Source: an uncultured Bacteroidales bacterium (GTDB taxonomy: Bacteria; Bacteroidota; Bacteroidia; Bacteroidales; CAIWKO01). Taken from it: 64,000 bases of DNA. How positions within the stretch are numbered: position 1 is the stretch's first letter; each line of letters begins with the position of its first letter. The translations under genes were made by a program, and so were the position numbers. The stretch lies in contig CAIWKO010000036.1 in assembly GCA_903913285.1 (NCBI GenBank), positions 142,691-206,690 of the forward strand, in the 5' to 3' direction. Positions 61,322 through 64,000 of this stretch are shown here, piece by piece. Below the pieces are notes generated by a model. The model worked only from the letters and a program-made list of their open reading frames with translations. It searched no databases and was not told where the DNA came from.

Positions 61322-61431
61322 GTTGCAAAATTAATGTTTTTTTGATTATAAATAACTAATAGCCTTAAATATTATTGTCCGTAAACCAACATTAATACTC
61401 AAATTGTGAATTTGATTTTCAAAATAAAGAA

Positions 61432-63303
61432 TTAGAAATCCATGTATTCCTGAAATACACATTGCATATAGGATCTAGCCTGCTTTTCCAATTCAGGTTG
61501 ATGTATAGTAGCTGTAGAATCAATCCTTAGTAAACAATTCTTATTACTACGGGCATCAAAAACAAATGCAGCACCCGGGCGAACGAAACCAAAAGCATTA
61601 TCAAAAGCATAGAATGCAAATTCGGGACAGGCAGGTTGTAACAAATTTTTGCTCCATTCAAATTCTTTATACGATAATCCCAACTGACCAAGCAGAGTTG
61701 CCGACAAATCGATCTGGGAGCCTAATTTATCAATAGTTTTTCCTTTATATTCATCCTTAATCACATTGCCTGTCATGAGGAAAACAATTTTATGATATTC
61801 AGGAGTACAAAAATCGTAGTTAGTAAATGAGCCATGCCCGTGGTCGGAAATTAATATAAAAAGAGTGTTATCAAACCAACTCTGCTTTTGAGCCTCTGCA
61901 AAAAAGTTTTTAAAACAATTATCAGAATAATAGGCCGAATTAACATAATCTTTTTCATATTCGGGCCATTTGATAACTTCCTTCATGTTGAAGTCATAAG
62001 GAGAATGAGTACTCATTGTGAACAGTGATGAAAAGAAAGGTTGCTTTTGATTGTTTAATTCTTTCAAAAAATAAGGCAGTGTATATTCATCATGGATACC
62101 AAGCTTTCCACGCGGTAATGACGAAGGGAAATCTTTTCCTTCCTCAATTTTATCAATTTCATTATAATCCAGAAAACTTTTAATATTTCCATAAATAAGC
62201 TGACCACCAAAATAATAAGAAGTATAATAACCTAAAGGTTTTATCTTTTTTACGATACTGGGCAGTTTATTGTATTTCTCAGGTTGTTGCGTAATTGTGG
62301 TAATTGTTTGTGCAGGAAAACCACTATATATAGATGTCATGCCTTCCTGGGATCGGGTTCCGCTGGCATAAACATTCGTGAACAAGACTCCGTTCTTTTG
62401 TAGTTCGTGAAAGAAGGGCGTTATCTCTTTATCGCCCTGACTTTCGATAAGTGATGCAGACCAACCTTCGAGTATAAACAATACAATATTTGGACGTTGG
62501 TTTTTTAATATAAAAGTCGCGCTGTCGTTACTAATCGTATAGAGTTCTTTTACGGTTTTTTTAGCTTCACTCAATTCATAATATTGATATGGGTTTTTGC
62601 CCAGCATATTATAATTTTGTTGAATACTGCTGATTAAATTCCAACCCGAATTGACCGAAGTCAGATTTAGTATTTCATGTTTCGAATAATAGGATTGGCT
62701 TTGGTTGATCGGAATCTGCTGAAATCCGCCACGTATTCCTGCAAATAATAGTCCCGGAACTAAAACAAGATATAATCCTGAAAATATATAATTGCGCTTT
62801 TGAATTTTTATTTTTACAAATATAAATCTCTGATAGAACCAAAAACTAAGTACTAATTGCAGTATTAAAAATATAGAGAATACTACTAGCTGCCAGGTTT
62901 GTGCTGTGGAAATTATTTCAGCGGGATGAAGAATATACAATAAGGCTTTGTAATGCAATTTGGTTTTCCATTCGCTGTATACCGCAATTTCGGATGTTGT
63001 TATTAGCAGATAGATCAGTAACATTAAAATGATATAGATCTTAGTAAGTATATCAAAGAACTTATGTGTATAAAAATTTTGAACCAACAGTAAAAAAAAT
63101 GGTATCACCATTATATAGCAAATAGTAGAAAAATCAAGAGGAAATGAATACCAGAAAATTCCCAGGATGGACCAAAACGAAATACCTTTTAAATAGTGTA
63201 TCTGAAAAAGAAGAAAAATAATGCGGTTAAGATCGAAAAAGATCAACCAGAATAGCATTTGTTTTAAAAACGATAAAACGATCTGTTTTGGTAAAACTGC
63301 CAT
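61432..63303 (-). CDS. LTA synthase-family (sulfatase-like) membrane phosphotransferase
   Basis: Five N-terminal TM segments plus an alkaline-phosphatase-superfamily domain (NIVLFILEGWSA, GTRSQEG, LFILISDHG). Confidence 0.8.
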   Translation of the reverse strand: MAVLPKQIVLSFLKQMLFWLIFFDLNRIIFLLFQIHYLKGISFWSILGIFWYSFPLDFSTICYIMVIPFFLLLVQNFYTHKFFDILTKIYIILMLLIYLLITTSEIAVYSEWKTKLHYKALLYILHPAEIISTAQTWQLVVFSIFLILQLVLSFWFYQRFIFVKIKIQKRNYIFSGLYLVLVPGLLFAGIRGGFQQIPINQSQSYYSKHEILNLTSVNSGWNLISSIQQNYNMLGKNPYQYYELSEAKKTVKELYTISNDSATFILKNQRPNIVLFILEGWSASLIESQGDKEITPFFHELQKNGVLFTNVYASGTRSQEGMTSIYSGFPAQTITTITQQPEKYNKLPSIVKKIKPLGYYTSYYFGGQLIYGNIKSFLDYNEIDKIEEGKDFPSSLPRGKLGIHDEYTLPYFLKELNNQKQPFFSSLFTMSTHSPYDFNMKEVIKWPEYEKDYVNSAYYSDNCFKNFFAEAQKQSWFDNTLFILISDHGHGSFTNYDFCTPEYHKIVFLMTGNVIKDEYKGKTIDKLGSQIDLSATLLGQLGLSYKEFEWSKNLLQPACPEFAFYAFDNAFGFVRPGAAFVFDARSNKNCLLRIDSTATIHQPELEKQARSYMQCVFQEYMDF

Positions 63304-63384
63304 GAAAAATATTTTTGCAAAATTATTATTAATTCAATAAACATTTGTATTAAAAAAAAATTGTATTTTTAACGCCTTAATTTC

Positions 63385-63408
63385 AAATAAATAAATAAAT
63401 AAATAAAT
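63385..63408. repeat. Tetranucleotide microsatellite (AAAT)6 abutting a start codon
   Basis: aaat x6 at 63385-63408, immediately followed by ATG 63409. Confidence 0.95.
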
Positions 63409-64000
63409 ATGAGAAAATTTTATTCATCCATTACATTATTAATCCTGCTAATATTTGCTCAAAGCAGTTTCTCCCAAATCAGTAATAAGATATCACAAAT
63501 AGCAACCATAAAAGACCCTTCAGGCTGGATAGAATTCAAACCTGACATTTCCATTGATCCAACAACAGTGTTCACTACACAAAAAGACCTGTTCGGATTG
63601 TCGGGCTCTGATATGATGAAACTTTATAAAACAGAAAATGATAATATTGGGTATACACATTGTCGCTACCAACAATATTACCAGGGTGTTCCAATTGAAG
63701 GAGCAGAATATCTCATTCACGGGATCGGGAATAAATCAATAAGCGGAAACGGTAACATAATTACAGGTCTTACTATAAATGCCACTCCTGCTATTACTGC
63801 TCAAAGTGCCATTGATAAAGCGATCAAATACACGCATGCCAGCAAATACATGTGGGATGATGCTGCGAATGAAAATTTTATCAAGATGGCAAAAAAAGAC
63901 CCCACAGCCAGCTATTATCCAAAAGCTACTTTGGTTTTTATTGATAAAAAGTTCGGAAAAAATCCTGCTAATTATGTGTTGGCTTATAAAGTGAATGTCT
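63409..64000 (+). CDS. Secreted M4/M36-type (thermolysin-like) metallopeptidase precursor, N-terminal part only (runs off the right edge)
   Basis: Not in the ORF track because there is no stop in the window. Own translation reads MRKFYSSITLLILLIFAQSSFSQ...GYTHCRYQQYYQGVPIEGAEYLIHG...AITAQSAIDKAIKYTHASKYMWDD...ATLVFIDKKFGKNPANYVLAYKVNV. This is an FTP propeptide motif followed by a PepSY-like segment, as in thermolysin-family prepropeptides. Confidence 0.65.
   Translation, partial: MRKFYSSITLLILLIFAQSSFSQISNKISQIATIKDPSGWIEFKPDISIDPTTVFTTQKDLFGLSGSDMMKLYKTENDNIGYTHCRYQQYYQGVPIEGAEYLIHGIGNKSISGNGNIITGLTINATPAITAQSAIDKAIKYTHASKYMWDDAANENFIKMAKKDPTASYYPKATLVFIDKKFGKNPANYVLAYKVNV

Noticed and set aside
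35401-62100. Apparent bimodal GC content. For example 28/60 GC at 35401-35460, against 23/60 at 58021-58080 and 17/60 at 62041-62100. This might indicate horizontally acquired blocks.
   Set aside because: Based on a handful of hand-counted 60-nt lines. GC-rich stretches include clear core genes (sucD, S41 peptidase), and AT-rich stretches also include core genes (recN, coaBC, bamD). No island call can be made without a proper sliding-window and codon-usage analysis.

Overview
64-kb chromosomal segment that looks like a Bacteroidota genome. The evidence is T9SS C-terminal sorting domains, PorQ-like and DUF4835 genes, a GH57/GT4/debranching-enzyme glycogen cluster, bamD-rpoZ-coaBC-DUF4835-recN synteny, TAnnTTTG promoter boxes and many lipoprotein signal peptides. 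The left 9.3 kb is accessory/defence DNA. It holds a type I R-M operon (hsdM-hsdS) followed by an 863-aa RloC/PrrC-like zinc-hook ATPase and a RhuM-family gene, then a 1.35-kb minisatellite complex, a decayed TonB-C fragment and a tyrosine integrase. The rest is mostly housekeeping (ABC exporter pair, glycogen genes, sucD, FKBPs, nrnA, ndk, smpB, ribD, recN, coaBC and others), mixed with secreted or lipoprotein hypotheticals. The most unusual signals are not genes. (i) Four sequence-unrelated tandem-array families all have an exact 21-bp period held in strict register (6183-7540, 32538-32747, 51680-52057). (ii) Arrays of 7- and 8-nt micro-repeats fill many intergenic spacers. Several are arranged as long imperfect inverted repeats whose mismatches recur every 7 nt. 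These either form empty hairpins between convergent genes or bracket whole cassettes: a four-helix-bundle (23S-IVS protein family) ORF inserted in the glycogen operon, a lipoprotein gene, and one of the 21-bp arrays. Other points are a SecDF periplasmic-domain-only lipoprotein, two decayed gene fragments, and a 780-bp ORF-free AT-rich spacer dense in promoter-like boxes. I recognised no rRNA, tRNA, CRISPR array or transposase by eye. All functional calls rest on remembered family motifs, not on database searches.
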